Shown: positions 9,471 through 19,289 of the stretch, piece by piece
Numbering within the stretch: the stretch's first letter is position 1
Layout of the letters: each line of letters opens with the position of its first letter
Assembly: GCA_963820525.1 (NCBI GenBank)
Contig: CAWGAA010000001.1
Location: 128,001-192,000 of the forward strand
DNA from: an uncultured Spirochaetota bacterium
GTDB taxonomy: Bacteria > Spirochaetota > Spirochaetia > SZUA-6 > Fen-1364
Direction: 5' to 3'
DNA length: 64,000 nucleotides
Translations under genes and position numbers: made by a program
The notes under the pieces: generated by a model
Database searches by the model: none
What the model was told of the DNA's origin: nothing
Seen by the model: the letters and a program-made list of their open reading frames with translations, nothing else

Positions 9471-10168
9471 CGCCGATGAACCTGTCGTGGGTGGAACGGC
9501 GGTTCGAGGAGTGGCGAAAGCTGCGGAAAAAGCAGGGCGTGAGCGTTCAGCTGGGGGGAGCCGACGATGCGCGCGAGTTTCTCTCGAGCTTCTCCTCTCC
9601 GCCGCGCGGCCAGCTGTGGGCGGATGCCCAGAGGAAGGCCCTGACGGCCCTTTTGCCCGGGCGTCCCGCGGGCACATACGTCGTCTGGAATCACGGCTGC
9701 GGAAGAGGGTTCGACGCTTACTCGGTGGTCTGCGCATTGAAATCGGCGTATCCGTCCCTCGCGGTGAAGACCTGGGCGAATGACGGCAATCTCGTTGAAA
9801 TCGCATCGGCCCCGACCCTCACCCTTCCCAAGGAACGGGTGCCTGAGTTCTATATCGCAGGGGGCTTCATGCGCGAGACGGAGGCGGGCTGCCAGTTCAC
9901 CCCGGCCGTTCGGGAGAGCGTGATTTTCGAATACACCGAGTCGCTGGCGCGCACGGAGGGCCTGGAGGCGGATCTCATCGTCTCCCGTGACGTTCTGTCC
10001 TTCATGAAGCCGGAGACTCAGAAGACCGTTCTCGAAGCGTTTGCCCAGAGACTGAAGCCGGGAGGGCTCCTTGTTTTGGGCGCGAATGAGCAGGTTGCCG
10101 GGGAAGGCTGGCGGAGCGTGGAGAAGGGCGGAATGCGCGCGTTCGTGCGAGAAATCCCAAAGGAGTAG
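9413..10168 (+). CDS. CheR-like (probably non-catalytic) C-terminal part of the spirochaete CheW fusion
   Basis: Frame is open from the G tract (DQDLRFVCEGLATFASFFVTPMN); degenerate CheR motifs VWNHGCGRGFDAYS, DLIVSRDVLSF, LKPGGLLVLG. Confidence 0.8.
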   Translation, partial: DQDLRFVCEGLATFASFFVTPMNLSWVERRFEEWRKLRKKQGVSVQLGGADDAREFLSSFSSPPRGQLWADAQRKALTALLPGRPAGTYVVWNHGCGRGFDAYSVVCALKSAYPSLAVKTWANDGNLVEIASAPTLTLPKERVPEFYIAGGFMRETEAGCQFTPAVRESVIFEYTESLARTEGLEADLIVSRDVLSFMKPETQKTVLEAFAQRLKPGGLLVLGANEQVAGEGWRSVEKGGMRAFVREIPKE

Positions 10169-10171
10169 GCA

Positions 10172-10636
10172 ATGAGAGTCGAGTACATCAACCCGTTCGT
10201 CGAGTCCGCGTTCAACGTGCTCAAGGAGGTGCTCAACACGGAGCTGACCCGCGGGGAGCTGTTTTTGAAATCCTCCTCCCAGCCCGTTCTGGGAGTTGCC
10301 GCCATCATCGGGCTCACCGGCGACGTACAGGGGCGGATCCTCTTCGACATGGACGAGAAGACGGCCCTCGCCATATCCTCCGCAATGAACGGCGAGCGCA
10401 TCACCGCGATGGACGATCTGGCCAAGGCCACGATCACGGAGCTGGCCAACATGATAACCGCCCGCGCGGTGACCAAGCTTTCAGAGATGGGTTTTCAGTT
10501 CGACATCACCCCCCCGGCGATTTTCACGGGCAAGGACATGGAAGTTACGAACACGCAGATCGAATCGCTGATCGTTCCGATCCAGATGCCGTTGGGCAAA
10601 CTCGAGATCAATGTCGCCGTCCGCGAGAAAATTTGA
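10172..10636 (+). CDS. cheX: CheY-P phosphatase CheX
   Basis: MRVEYINPF start; ELANMI (ExxN) motif; DITPP; position in the operon. Confidence 0.95.
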   Translation: MRVEYINPFVESAFNVLKEVLNTELTRGELFLKSSSQPVLGVAAIIGLTGDVQGRILFDMDEKTALAISSAMNGERITAMDDLAKATITELANMITARAVTKLSEMGFQFDITPPAIFTGKDMEVTNTQIESLIVPIQMPLGKLEINVAVREKI

Positions 10637-10648
10637 GGGAGATTCAGC

Positions 10649-11089
10649 ATGAAGACGAAAACCGATTTTCCCAACATCAACGAGCGCAAGCCCGAAGGAT
10701 TGAAGGAAGACGGATCCCCGTTTCGGGTCCTCATCGTCGACGATTCGATGTTCGTCGCCAAGCAGATCGGCCAGATCCTGACCTCCGAAGGATTCGACAT
10801 CGTCGGAACGGCTGCCGATGGCGAGGAAGGCGTGGAGAAGTACAAGGAGCTTTCTCCCAACGTTGACCTCGTCACCATGGACATAACGATGCCGAAGATG
10901 GACGGCGTTACGGCGCTGCTGAAGATCGTTGAGTTCGACAAGAACGCGAAGGTGATCATGATCAGCGCGCTCGGCAAGCAGGACCTCGTGAAAAAGTCCC
11001 TGCTGGCCGGGGCCAAGAACTACATCGTCAAGCCGCTGGACAGGAAGAAGGTTCTAGAGCGGGTGGTCGGCGTTCTGAAAAAGCAATAG
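10649..11089 (+). CDS. cheY: Chemotaxis response regulator CheY
   Basis: VDDS, DITMPKMDG, ISA, YIVKP; spirochaete-type N-terminal extension. Confidence 0.95.
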   Translation: MKTKTDFPNINERKPEGLKEDGSPFRVLIVDDSMFVAKQIGQILTSEGFDIVGTAADGEEGVEKYKELSPNVDLVTMDITMPKMDGVTALLKIVEFDKNAKVIMISALGKQDLVKKSLLAGAKNYIVKPLDRKKVLERVVGVLKKQ

Positions 11090-11141
11090 AAAAGCCGCGC
11101 CACCCGCGCTATACTGTCGGGAAACGAGGAGGGAGTGGAAA

Positions 11142-11531
11142 ATGCGAAAGTACGCGTTGGCACTTGCCGCTTGCGCGCTCGCCCTGGCGCTGGCCTCTTG
11201 CGCGACGGTCTATTCCCGCGCATGGAAGGTTAACACGCAAGACCTCACTGACAGCCTCACGGTCTCGGGAGATTCGTTCAAGCTCTCCAGGACAGGGCAG
11301 GGCGGGACTTCGGTATTCGAGGGGAAGCTCGAAGACCATGGCGAGCAGTGGATCTTCCTGATCGCTTCGTGGAAGCCGGCCAATGCAACCGCCAAGCATT
11401 TCGACCCGCCGGTACGCTATATCTACAAGGTCAAGAAGTTCGAAAACGGGGTGTCCTTCCTGACGCTTGTAGACGTCGTAGGAACATCGACGTTCCAGTT
11501 CATCCAGAAGGGCGACTACAGCCTCAGGTAG
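11142..11531 (+). CDS. Hypothetical lipoprotein
   Basis: GAGGAGG RBS; hydrophobic leader ending in the lipobox LASC. Confidence 0.7.
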   Translation: MRKYALALAACALALALASCATVYSRAWKVNTQDLTDSLTVSGDSFKLSRTGQGGTSVFEGKLEDHGEQWIFLIASWKPANATAKHFDPPVRYIYKVKKFENGVSFLTLVDVVGTSTFQFIQKGDYSLR

Positions 11532-11649
11532 CTCTGCGTGATGCTCCGCCGCGCGAGCATGGCACGGGGCGCGGGTTCGGCTGAGGCCGCGGTGCTCTTT
11601 GAGCGGGGGCGCGTTGAGCGCGCCGTAGCGGCGGCGTGCACCAATTGTA

Positions 11650-11679
11650 TTGACACAAACGGCGCCCGTCGGCTAAGGT
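11650..11679 (+). promoter_or_regulatory. Putative tRNA promoter
   Basis: TTGACA-N18-TAAGGT followed by a GC-rich discriminator-like sequence. Confidence 0.5.
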
Positions 11680-11710
11680 ACGGCGCAGGCGCGGCGAAAA
11701 GCCGCTCCAT

Positions 11711-11785
11711 GGGCGGCTAGCTCAGTCTGGTTAGAGCACCAGCTCGACACGCTGGGGGTCACAAGTTCAACTCTTGTGCCGCCCA
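11711..11785 (+). tRNA. tRNA-Val (anticodon GAC); CCA not encoded
   Basis: Acceptor stem GGGCGGC/GCCGCCC; D arm GCTC..GAGC; anticodon arm CCAGC-TCGACAC-GCTGG; T arm ACAAG-TTCAACT-CTTGT. Confidence 0.97.
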
Positions 11786-11986
11786 TCTTAGTTCTTGAGG
11801 GACAATGATTTACGACGCGGCTTAGCAAGCCGCACAATCCAAATGGTGATGCCTGTTTTGATTACTTCCGCCTATCGAACATAAATGTAAAGGAATAAAC
11901 CAGGATCACTATCAGATTACCCCGACCCTTCCACTCCTGCAGTTTCCGAGGCGAAGAAGGCGGTAGTGTGTTAGAATGAATGCGAG

Positions 11987-14692
11987 ATGGCTTTTTTGAA
12001 GCCGCAATTATTAATTACGAAAAACCACCTGCCGCAACTGCCGCTAAACTTGGTGGCGCGTCCACGCCTCTCTCGGAAGCTGAATGAAGCCATGCGCCAT
12101 CGAGTGGCGCTGCTATCGGCCCCAGCCGGATACGGCAAGACCACACTCCTCACCGAAACCCTGCGCGAAAGCAAGAAACCGGTGGGCTGGGTCTCATTGG
12201 ATACCGGCGATAACAATCCCGGCAGTTTCTGGACGTACGTCATCGGTGCGCTTCAGAATGTTGAACCCGGGATGTGCCAGCCCATCCTCAATGCTCTGCA
12301 GTCGCCCGATCCGCCACCGACCAACTGGCTGTTGGCTGCGCTTATCAACTCAATCAGCAGCCATGAAGATGACTTTGCACTTATACTGGACGATTACCAT
12401 GCCATTGAGTCTCAAACTATCCATGAAGGCGTGAGCTTTGTCGTCGAACACCTGCCGCCGCAGGTTCACCTGGTTATTGCGAGCCGTGTCGATCCCCCGC
12501 TGCCGTTAGCCCGATGGCGGGCGAGGGGAGAGATCGCTGAGATTCGCGCAAATGACCTGGGTTTTTCCATTGAAGAGGCAGCGGCTTTTTTCAAGAAGAT
12601 AGCGGGAATAGCTCTTAACGAGCAGGACCTGGCAACGCTGGAAAGCCGCACGGAAGGCTGGATTGCCGGACTCAAAATGGCTGCCTTTTCTCTAGCAGGC
12701 AAGAAAGACATTTCAGGCAGCATCAAAGCCTTCTCCGGCAGCAACCGCTACATTCTGGACTACTTCGCCGATGAGGTGCTCAACCGGCAGCCGCCGCACG
12801 TCAGGCAATTCCTCGTGGAAACCTCGATCCTCGAGCGCCTCAGCGGTCCGTTGTGTGACGCCGTGACCGAGCGCAGCGACAGCCAATCGATGCTGGTTCA
12901 ATTGGAATCAGCCAATCTTTTCATCTCCCCCCTGGATGACGAGCGAAGCTGGTATCGCTATCATCAGCTCTTCGCCGCCATTCTGCGGAGTCTGTTGGCC
13001 AAATCCGCGTCCGAACTGGTACGGGAACTCCACCGCCGGGCCAGCACATGGTACGAGAAAGAGGGTCTCACCGAAGAAGCCATCGACCATTCCCTGCTCG
13101 GCAGCGATGCTGAGCGAGTCATCGGCCTTCTAGAGAACGCAGCCCCTTTCATGCTCGGCCAGGGCCAGGCAGCCAAACTATTGGACTATCTTGCTCGCAT
13201 CCCTGAGCCGCTCATCAAGAGGAGTCCCTGGCTATGTGTCGGCTTCGCCTGGGCGGCAATTATGGCCAACAAGCAAGATGTTTTATTGCCCATGCTTTCC
13301 CGGGCTATCGAATCATTTTCGGAGAGTCCGGACAGACTGTCACCCGGCAGCCGCGCCAATGTCCAGCGCATCAAAGGCCACACGCTCTCCATCCAGAGCT
13401 TGATAGCCCAGTCCAAGGACGACTTCCCCCGTGCCATCCAGCTTTCCGAGGAAGCCAACCGGGAGCTCCCTGGCGATGACATCGGCGATTTGCTTGCCCG
13501 TGCCGTCAACTCGCTGAACCTGGCCGCCTGTTATCAAAAGACCGGTGACATTGCCAAAGCCATTCCCTTCCTCGAAGAGCTGATCGCGGCTGGCCGGGAG
13601 ACCGGCTTTTCATACGCCGCTCTGGCCGCTCAAGGAAGTCTGGCCGAAATTGAGATGCAGCTTTCCCGGTTGGACCGGGTTGCCGAGATATGCAGGAAAG
13701 TTATCGAGCAGGGGACGCCATGGGGCGGCGCCTACCCTTTGCCGGGAGCTGCTCTTGCTTACATAGTACACGGGCACCTTGACTATGAGCGCAATAATCT
13801 GGATGGGGCTGTTACTCATTTAGCGAAGGGAATCGAGCTCGGGGAAATCAGCGCTCACTTGGAGCCAGTTCTCAAGGGCTATCTGTATATGGCTGAGCTG
13901 GCGCAGGCACAGGGCAACCAGGAGTCCGCCATTGAGCATATCCGGCGAGCCGAGAATGTGGGGCCATGGGTGGTCGTACCTCCCGAATTTCACCAGATAC
14001 CCGCATGGAAGGCCAGGCTGGCGCTGCGTCGAAGTGATAGTACAGCAGCCTCGGACTGGGCCCGGCAGCAAGAGATTTCCCTTCCACTCTCTCAGCTGCC
14101 CGGTTACCAGAAAGAGTACGACTATCTGACCCTGGTCAGGCTGAAGATCGCCACAGGTGAGTGCCGCGGCCTGCCGGTCTATCTCGATGAGTTCATTCGA
14201 AACGCCGAACATCAAGGGCGGAGCGCCGCCGTTATCGAGGCGCTTGTCTTGAAGGCATTGGCCCTGGGCTGCATTGGTGAATCTGCTGAAGCAGTAATAA
14301 CTCTTGATCGCGCCCTGACGCTGGCCGAGCCGGCCGGGTATGTGCGCGTCTTCGTCGACGAGGGATCCCCAATGGCAGAATTGCTCCGGAACTGCGCCTC
14401 CGGGAGCATGCACGCCGATTACGCCTCGAAATTGCTCGGTATGATGATATTTCAATCGCAGGGCCAGTCTGGCGGCCGGGCGAAGACCCCGGGTCTGATC
14501 GAAGCCCTGAGTGAACGCGAACTCGAGGTCCTTAAGCTCATTTCTTTGGGGAAGTCCAACAAAGAAATCGCCTTCGAGCTCTTTTTGGCTGTCGGCACGG
14601 TCAAAAAGCATACCAGCAATATCTTTGGCAAGCTGGGTGTGGAGAGCCGCACCCAGGCCATTGCTCGCGCCCGCGAACTGGGTATTGTTTAG
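11987..14692 (+). CDS. MalT-like STAND ATPase/TPR/LuxR transcriptional regulator
   Basis: Walker A APAGYGKTT, LILDDYH, TEGWIAGL, WYRYHQLF; C-terminal LuxR HTH (LSERELEVL...SNKEIA...TVKKH). Confidence 0.93.
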   Translation: MAFLKPQLLITKNHLPQLPLNLVARPRLSRKLNEAMRHRVALLSAPAGYGKTTLLTETLRESKKPVGWVSLDTGDNNPGSFWTYVIGALQNVEPGMCQPILNALQSPDPPPTNWLLAALINSISSHEDDFALILDDYHAIESQTIHEGVSFVVEHLPPQVHLVIASRVDPPLPLARWRARGEIAEIRANDLGFSIEEAAAFFKKIAGIALNEQDLATLESRTEGWIAGLKMAAFSLAGKKDISGSIKAFSGSNRYILDYFADEVLNRQPPHVRQFLVETSILERLSGPLCDAVTERSDSQSMLVQLESANLFISPLDDERSWYRYHQLFAAILRSLLAKSASELVRELHRRASTWYEKEGLTEEAIDHSLLGSDAERVIGLLENAAPFMLGQGQAAKLLDYLARIPEPLIKRSPWLCVGFAWAAIMANKQDVLLPMLSRAIESFSESPDRLSPGSRANVQRIKGHTLSIQSLIAQSKDDFPRAIQLSEEANRELPGDDIGDLLARAVNSLNLAACYQKTGDIAKAIPFLEELIAAGRETGFSYAALAAQGSLAEIEMQLSRLDRVAEICRKVIEQGTPWGGAYPLPGAALAYIVHGHLDYERNNLDGAVTHLAKGIELGEISAHLEPVLKGYLYMAELAQAQGNQESAIEHIRRAENVGPWVVVPPEFHQIPAWKARLALRRSDSTAASDWARQQEISLPLSQLPGYQKEYDYLTLVRLKIATGECRGLPVYLDEFIRNAEHQGRSAAVIEALVLKALALGCIGESAEAVITLDRALTLAEPAGYVRVFVDEGSPMAELLRNCASGSMHADYASKLLGMMIFQSQGQSGGRAKTPGLIEALSERELEVLKLISLGKSNKEIAFELFLAVGTVKKHTSNIFGKLGVESRTQAIARARELGIV

Positions 14693-14709
14693 TACGTCGA
14701 GGGTGACTC

Positions 14710-15060
14710 ATGATCAGAAACCAATGGTACGTGGTTCTGGAAAGCAGGCAGGTGCCAAAAGGCAAGCCGGTCGGCTTCAGGCGGCTGGGGGAAAACCTCG
14801 TTTTCTGGCGCGACGCTTCGGGGAAGCTCAGCTGCGCGTCCGATATATGCGCACATCGCGGAGCCTCCCTTTCTCATGGGAAGATCGTGGGGGACTTTGT
14901 CCAGTGTCCATTCCACGGCCTCAAATTCGACGGTACGGGCAGGTGCCGCCTGATCCCCGCCAATGGCCGGGCAGCCGCCGTCCCCGGAAATTTCAAGGTC
15001 TTCGCCTATCCCGTAAGCGAATCCAACGGCGCCGGCCTGTTCATGGGCTCCCCACCGTGA
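14710..15060 (+). pseudogene. Truncated Rieske non-heme oxygenase alpha subunit (VanA/KshA-like); only the Rieske domain remains
   Basis: NQWY start; CAHRGASLS and CPFHG ligands; the ORF ends just after the Rieske domain, overlapping the stop of the convergent gene. Confidence 0.75.
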
Positions 15061-16066
15061 GAACAACCTTCCCGAAGCTCTTACGGCTTTGAATGTAGCG
15101 ATGGGCTTCGCGCACTTTTTCGAAGGCGAACTGAGCTCCGACTATGGGTTTCACCTTTCCCTCGGCGCACAATTCCATCACTCGTTCCATGGCGCTTCTC
15201 AGCCGTGCTGTTTCTCCCCAGAGGTGCCCCATGTTCAGCCCGAGGATTCCTCGATTCGAGTTCATCAGGGAGATGGGGTGATAGAGCGGTGTGCGAAGAA
15301 TCGCGGCAATCGCGGCCAGGATCCGGCGCCTGCGGCCTGGTGCGATGGATGAAACTCCATAGGCAACTATCCTCCCCAAGGGGGCCAGGATGCGGCCGTC
15401 CTCGCGCAGGGTTCCGCCGCCCACTGGATTCAGGCACACGTCTACTCCGTTGCCTCCCGTAAGCGAGAGAACGCGGGAAACAAAATCAGGCGATCGGGGC
15501 GGGATCGTCATCTGAACGCCCAGGCGGGAGAGGATCTCGTTCTTGGCATCCGAGGCTACGCCGATCACGCGCGCTCCGTGCGCCGCGGCAAGCTGAACCG
15601 CGATCGTTCCGACTCCTCCTCCTGCCGAACGAACGAGGACGGTCTCCCCGGGCTTCAGCCCGCCAAGGGTGAAGAGAGCGAGCCAGGCCGTAACGGAGTT
15701 GACAGGGATCGCGGCTCCCTCGGAAAAAGACATCTCGGTCGGAAGGGGCCAGCACTGCGCTGCTGGGACGCACAGCTTGGTGGCATACCCCCCAAAGTGA
15801 GTCAGAGCAATGACCCGCGCTCCGGGGGTAAAATCGGCAACCGCCGGTCCCACGGTTTCGATAACGCCGCACGCTTCGTAGCCCACCACGAAAGGCGGCT
15901 TTGGGGCATCGGGGTAGAGACCCATCCTCCCCATGATGTCGGCAAAGCAAATGCCGATGGCCTTCACGGAAACGAGGACCTCTCCCTCCCGCGGGATCGG
16001 CTCGGGAGCTTCGCGGATAGCCAAAGCATTCTCCGAGCCGTGACGGAGAACCCAGATCTGCCTCAT
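15041..16066 (-). CDS. Medium-chain dehydrogenase/reductase (VAT-1/quinone oxidoreductase-like)
   Basis: FADIMGRMGLYP, GYEACG, SAGGGVG NAD(P) motif, FGKVVL C-terminus. Confidence 0.88.
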   Translation of the reverse strand: MRQIWVLRHGSENALAIREAPEPIPREGEVLVSVKAIGICFADIMGRMGLYPDAPKPPFVVGYEACGVIETVGPAVADFTPGARVIALTHFGGYATKLCVPAAQCWPLPTEMSFSEGAAIPVNSVTAWLALFTLGGLKPGETVLVRSAGGGVGTIAVQLAAAHGARVIGVASDAKNEILSRLGVQMTIPPRSPDFVSRVLSLTGGNGVDVCLNPVGGGTLREDGRILAPLGRIVAYGVSSIAPGRRRRILAAIAAILRTPLYHPISLMNSNRGILGLNMGHLWGETARLRSAMERVMELCAEGKVKPIVGAQFAFEKVREAHRYIQSRKSFGKVVLTVGSP

Positions 16067-16232
16067 GGCAAGACGGGTCCTCTCGAACGGTTTCTGCTCT
16101 TTTCCCGACGGCGTGTCATAGCTCGAAATGTACGGCGGGCGCTATCCAACGGTCAAACCGCGGCCAAGGAGCCTGGGCTGTGCAGCCCAGAAGAGCGCTT
16201 TCCTACTGAGAGAGGGCTCTCATTGAACAGCC

Positions 16233-17462
16233 CTATCGTGATCGACTTCCTTCCAGATCCGGGAGCAGTGCCGTTGCCAGCCCGAGAAGGGGGAGGAACG
16301 CGCAGACACTGAAAACGAACTCAATGCTGGTATGGTCCGCCAGCTTTCCAAGGGCCGCGGAGCCGATACCGCCCATCCCGAATGCGAAGCCGAAGAACAG
16401 GCCGGAGATCATCCCTACCTTCCCCGGGAAAAGCTCCTGGGCATAGACGAGGATGGACGGGAAAGCGGAAGAGAGAATCACCCCGATAAAAAGCGAAATC
16501 ACGGTTGTCCAGATCAGGTTGGCGTGCGGCAGGAGGAGGGTGAAAGGCGCAGCCCCGAGGATCGAGATCCAGATCACGTACTTTCGCCCGATTCGGTCGC
16601 CGATGGGACCGCCGATCAGGGTCCCCGCCGCCACGGCGAATTGAAAGAGAAAGAGGTGGAACTGGGAGCTTTGAACCGACAGGGAGAACTTATCCATCAG
16701 GTAGAAGGTGTAGTAGTTGTTCATCCCTGCCAGGTAGAAGAACTTGGAGAAGATGAGAAGCAGAAGGATAACGACAGCAAACACCGTCCTGTTTCTGGAG
16801 ACCGGCGCAAGAACGACGCCATGGCCTATTCCGCTTCTGCCTTCGATTCGATGCGTGTTCTTCGCGTACCAGCGACCGACCTGAGAGAGAAGGATTATTC
16901 CCGCGAGCGCTAGGATAGTGAACCAGAGCACCTGCTGTCTGCCGCGCGTCGAGATGATCAGCGCGGCCAAAAGCGGACCCAGCGATGAGCCGGTGTTCCC
17001 GCCGACCTGGAAGAATGACTGGGCGAAGCCTCTGCGGTTTCCCGCCGCCATGTGGGCTACCCGAGAGGATTCGGGATGGAATATCGATGAGCCCATTCCG
17101 ACAAATGCCACGGAGACGAGCAGCGCGCCGAAGCTGCCGGCTGTCGCCAGGAGGACAAGCCCCGCGAGGGTGAAGCTCATGCCCACGGCCAGCGAATAGG
17201 GCTGATGCCTTCGATCCGTGTATGCCCCGACAACGGGCTGGAGAAGCGATGCGGTGAGCTGGAATGTGAAGGTGATGAGGCCGATCTGGGAAAAGCTCAA
17301 GCCAAAGGAGCTTTTCACCAGCGGGTACATTGCCGGGATAAGTGACTGAAGGCTGTCATTGAGCAAGTGAGAGAGGCTGATGGCAATGAGGATGGGAAAG
17401 ACCGTTGTCGCAGCAGCCGGCCTTGTTTCATTTGCCGTGTCTTCTGGCAGGTTCGTGCTCAT
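16233..17462 (-). CDS. fsr: MFS transporter, fosmidomycin-resistance (Fsr) family
   Basis: SHLLNDSLQSLIPA, ASLLQP, FHPESSR, QSFFQVGGN, GPIGDRIGRK; about 12 TM helices; start MSTNLP. Confidence 0.85.
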   Translation of the reverse strand: MSTNLPEDTANETRPAAATTVFPILIAISLSHLLNDSLQSLIPAMYPLVKSSFGLSFSQIGLITFTFQLTASLLQPVVGAYTDRRHQPYSLAVGMSFTLAGLVLLATAGSFGALLVSVAFVGMGSSIFHPESSRVAHMAAGNRRGFAQSFFQVGGNTGSSLGPLLAALIISTRGRQQVLWFTILALAGIILLSQVGRWYAKNTHRIEGRSGIGHGVVLAPVSRNRTVFAVVILLLLIFSKFFYLAGMNNYYTFYLMDKFSLSVQSSQFHLFLFQFAVAAGTLIGGPIGDRIGRKYVIWISILGAAPFTLLLPHANLIWTTVISLFIGVILSSAFPSILVYAQELFPGKVGMISGLFFGFAFGMGGIGSAALGKLADHTSIEFVFSVCAFLPLLGLATALLPDLEGSRSR

Positions 17463-18396
17463 CCCTCGCTCCTTTTCGAGACGACGCGTCCGCGCTCCAG
17501 GTGGAGAACATGGGTGACGCACGAGGGGATATCTTCAGGCTCATGGGTCACGAAGAGGATCGAATGAGCCGGGGTCCCGCACAGCCCGTCGATAGCCTCG
17601 CGCAAGTGCGCGCGGTTGTCATCGTCCAGCCCCTGGAATGACTCGTCGAAGACCAGGAGGCGCGGCTGCTTCACCAGCGCGCGGGCGATCAGCGCCAGCC
17701 GTTTCTGCCCTTCGGATACCTCCGCAAACGGTTTATCGAGGACATCCTGCAGACCAAGCCCTTCCGCCAGGGCGCGGGCCTTTTTCATCCGGCCGGGCGG
17801 GCAGGCCTTCTGGAGGCGAAGGCTGTCGAAGAAGCCCGTGCAAATCGCCTCGCAGACGGTAGCCTCAGCCGCAAAGTGGATCTGCATTTCGGGTGAAACG
17901 TGGCCGATCCGCCTCTTTATCTCCCAGATGCTCACGCCGTCTCCCCGGCGATGGCTGAAGACCCGCACATCGTTCGCGTAGGCTTGCGGATTGTCGGCAA
18001 GGACCAGGCTCAGGAGGGTAGTCTTTCCAGCGCCATTCGGGCCGACAAGCGCCCAGTTCTCCCCCTGTTTGACGGTCCAGCTCACCCCGTCCAGCACCGT
18101 GACTCCGCCGTAGCGGACCGTGACGTCCCGTAGCTCGACGAGACTCCGGCCCGCCTGCCGCCTGTGGGAGAGATCTGATCCGAGGGTCCGCGAAAGGGGG
18201 CTTTCGAGCGGGACTCCGCGCGGAGATGCACCGCCCCCTCTCGCCTGGCGCGTTATTCTTCCATCCTCAACGCGCATCATGTTCTCGATCCAGGCCGGGA
18301 CTTCGCTCTCGGCATGATCGCCCACGAGAGCCGTGGGAAATCTTTATCACCGGTCAGGGGAATGACAGCGTCTTCGAGCTCGACAATGGGAAGCAC
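17459..18396 (-). pseudogene. ModF-like dual ABC ATPase with an internal deletion and frameshift
   Basis: Intact second ABC domain (GPNGAGKTT, ADNPQAYAN, SEGQKR, VTH). A separate frame from GTG 18396 encodes an ABC N-terminus (LPIVELEDAVI...LSWAIMP) that stops before Walker A. Confidence 0.7.
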
Positions 18397-18464
18397 AATT
18401 CATATATACGATTTTTCGGCCGCCTTCTGCAACGTGGGAGGCGGTGCCGGCGCCGGGCCGGGAG

Positions 18465-19208
18465 TCACCAGACACCGAGATCTTCCAGGGCGCGAAGTGC
18501 CCGCGCCCCCCAGTCCCGGTTTGCCTGCGGATTGGCTGGGCTGGGGTGGTGAATACCCGCCGTCTTCACCGTACTGAGCCCGGCTGACTCGGCAAGCGTT
18601 CTCACCCGGGCCTCGGCGAAGCGCCCGATCCCGACAATCCACTGGGGCTGTAGGGCCTCGATAATCGAGAGAAGGTGCTCGTCCAAGAGGGGAAAGAGAA
18701 GCTCCCGGTCTTTCCGTTTCAGCTTGTCCGGCGTCAGGTTTCTTCCTGCCTCATCAAGAAAGAGGAGGGGGCAGTAGTTGGTGACGAACTGGTCTCGAAA
18801 GAACCGATCCGCCGTGTCGAAGCGCTCCCGGAAAAGAGCCCACAACCGCCTTCCGCTCACCTCGCTTCGATGACAGTCAAAGCCCAGAACAGGAAGCCGC
18901 TGATGCGTACCAACCGGTGTGTCTACCCGGCCGCTTATCTTGAGCCAACCACGAACCGTCTCCACCTCGCCGAAGGGCACGCCTGTCTGGGCCATTCCCC
19001 AGGGCCCCGGGTTCATGCCGATGAACACGACCCGCTTGCGGCCGTTTGCATACTTGCTCACGTATGCCTCATACGTACGGCGCGCGTACAAGAGCGGGTT
19101 GTAGGCATGGCGTACGGGCGGGCTGAAGCTGAGCGCGCTCAACCGCCTGGCGAGCCGTCGGGATGCGGAGATGAGAGGTGCGCTTGGGGGGGGAAAACCG
19201 CTGGCCAT
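18465..19208 (-). CDS. SMUG1-family (family 3) uracil-DNA glycosylase
   Basis: GMNPGPWGMAQTGVPFG, RSEVSGRRLW, NYCPL, HPSPANP. Confidence 0.93.
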   Translation of the reverse strand: MASGFPPPSAPLISASRRLARRLSALSFSPPVRHAYNPLLYARRTYEAYVSKYANGRKRVVFIGMNPGPWGMAQTGVPFGEVETVRGWLKISGRVDTPVGTHQRLPVLGFDCHRSEVSGRRLWALFRERFDTADRFFRDQFVTNYCPLLFLDEAGRNLTPDKLKRKDRELLFPLLDEHLLSIIEALQPQWIVGIGRFAEARVRTLAESAGLSTVKTAGIHHPSPANPQANRDWGARALRALEDLGVW

Positions 19209-19289
19209 GGCCTCATGATAGCGGCCGGAGGGTTGACAGGGAAGAAGATAATCTGGATAAAGGTCTTTCGGTACGTCAGGAGGAGAAGC

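Noticed and set aside
9476..10168. Independent CheR methyltransferase gene
   Set aside because: No RBS at 9476, the coding frame extends back to the G tract, and catalytic motifs are degenerate.
16171..16225. Short hairpins between fsr and the MDR gene as an ncRNA
   Set aside because: Short GC stems are expected by chance and match no recognisable RNA family.
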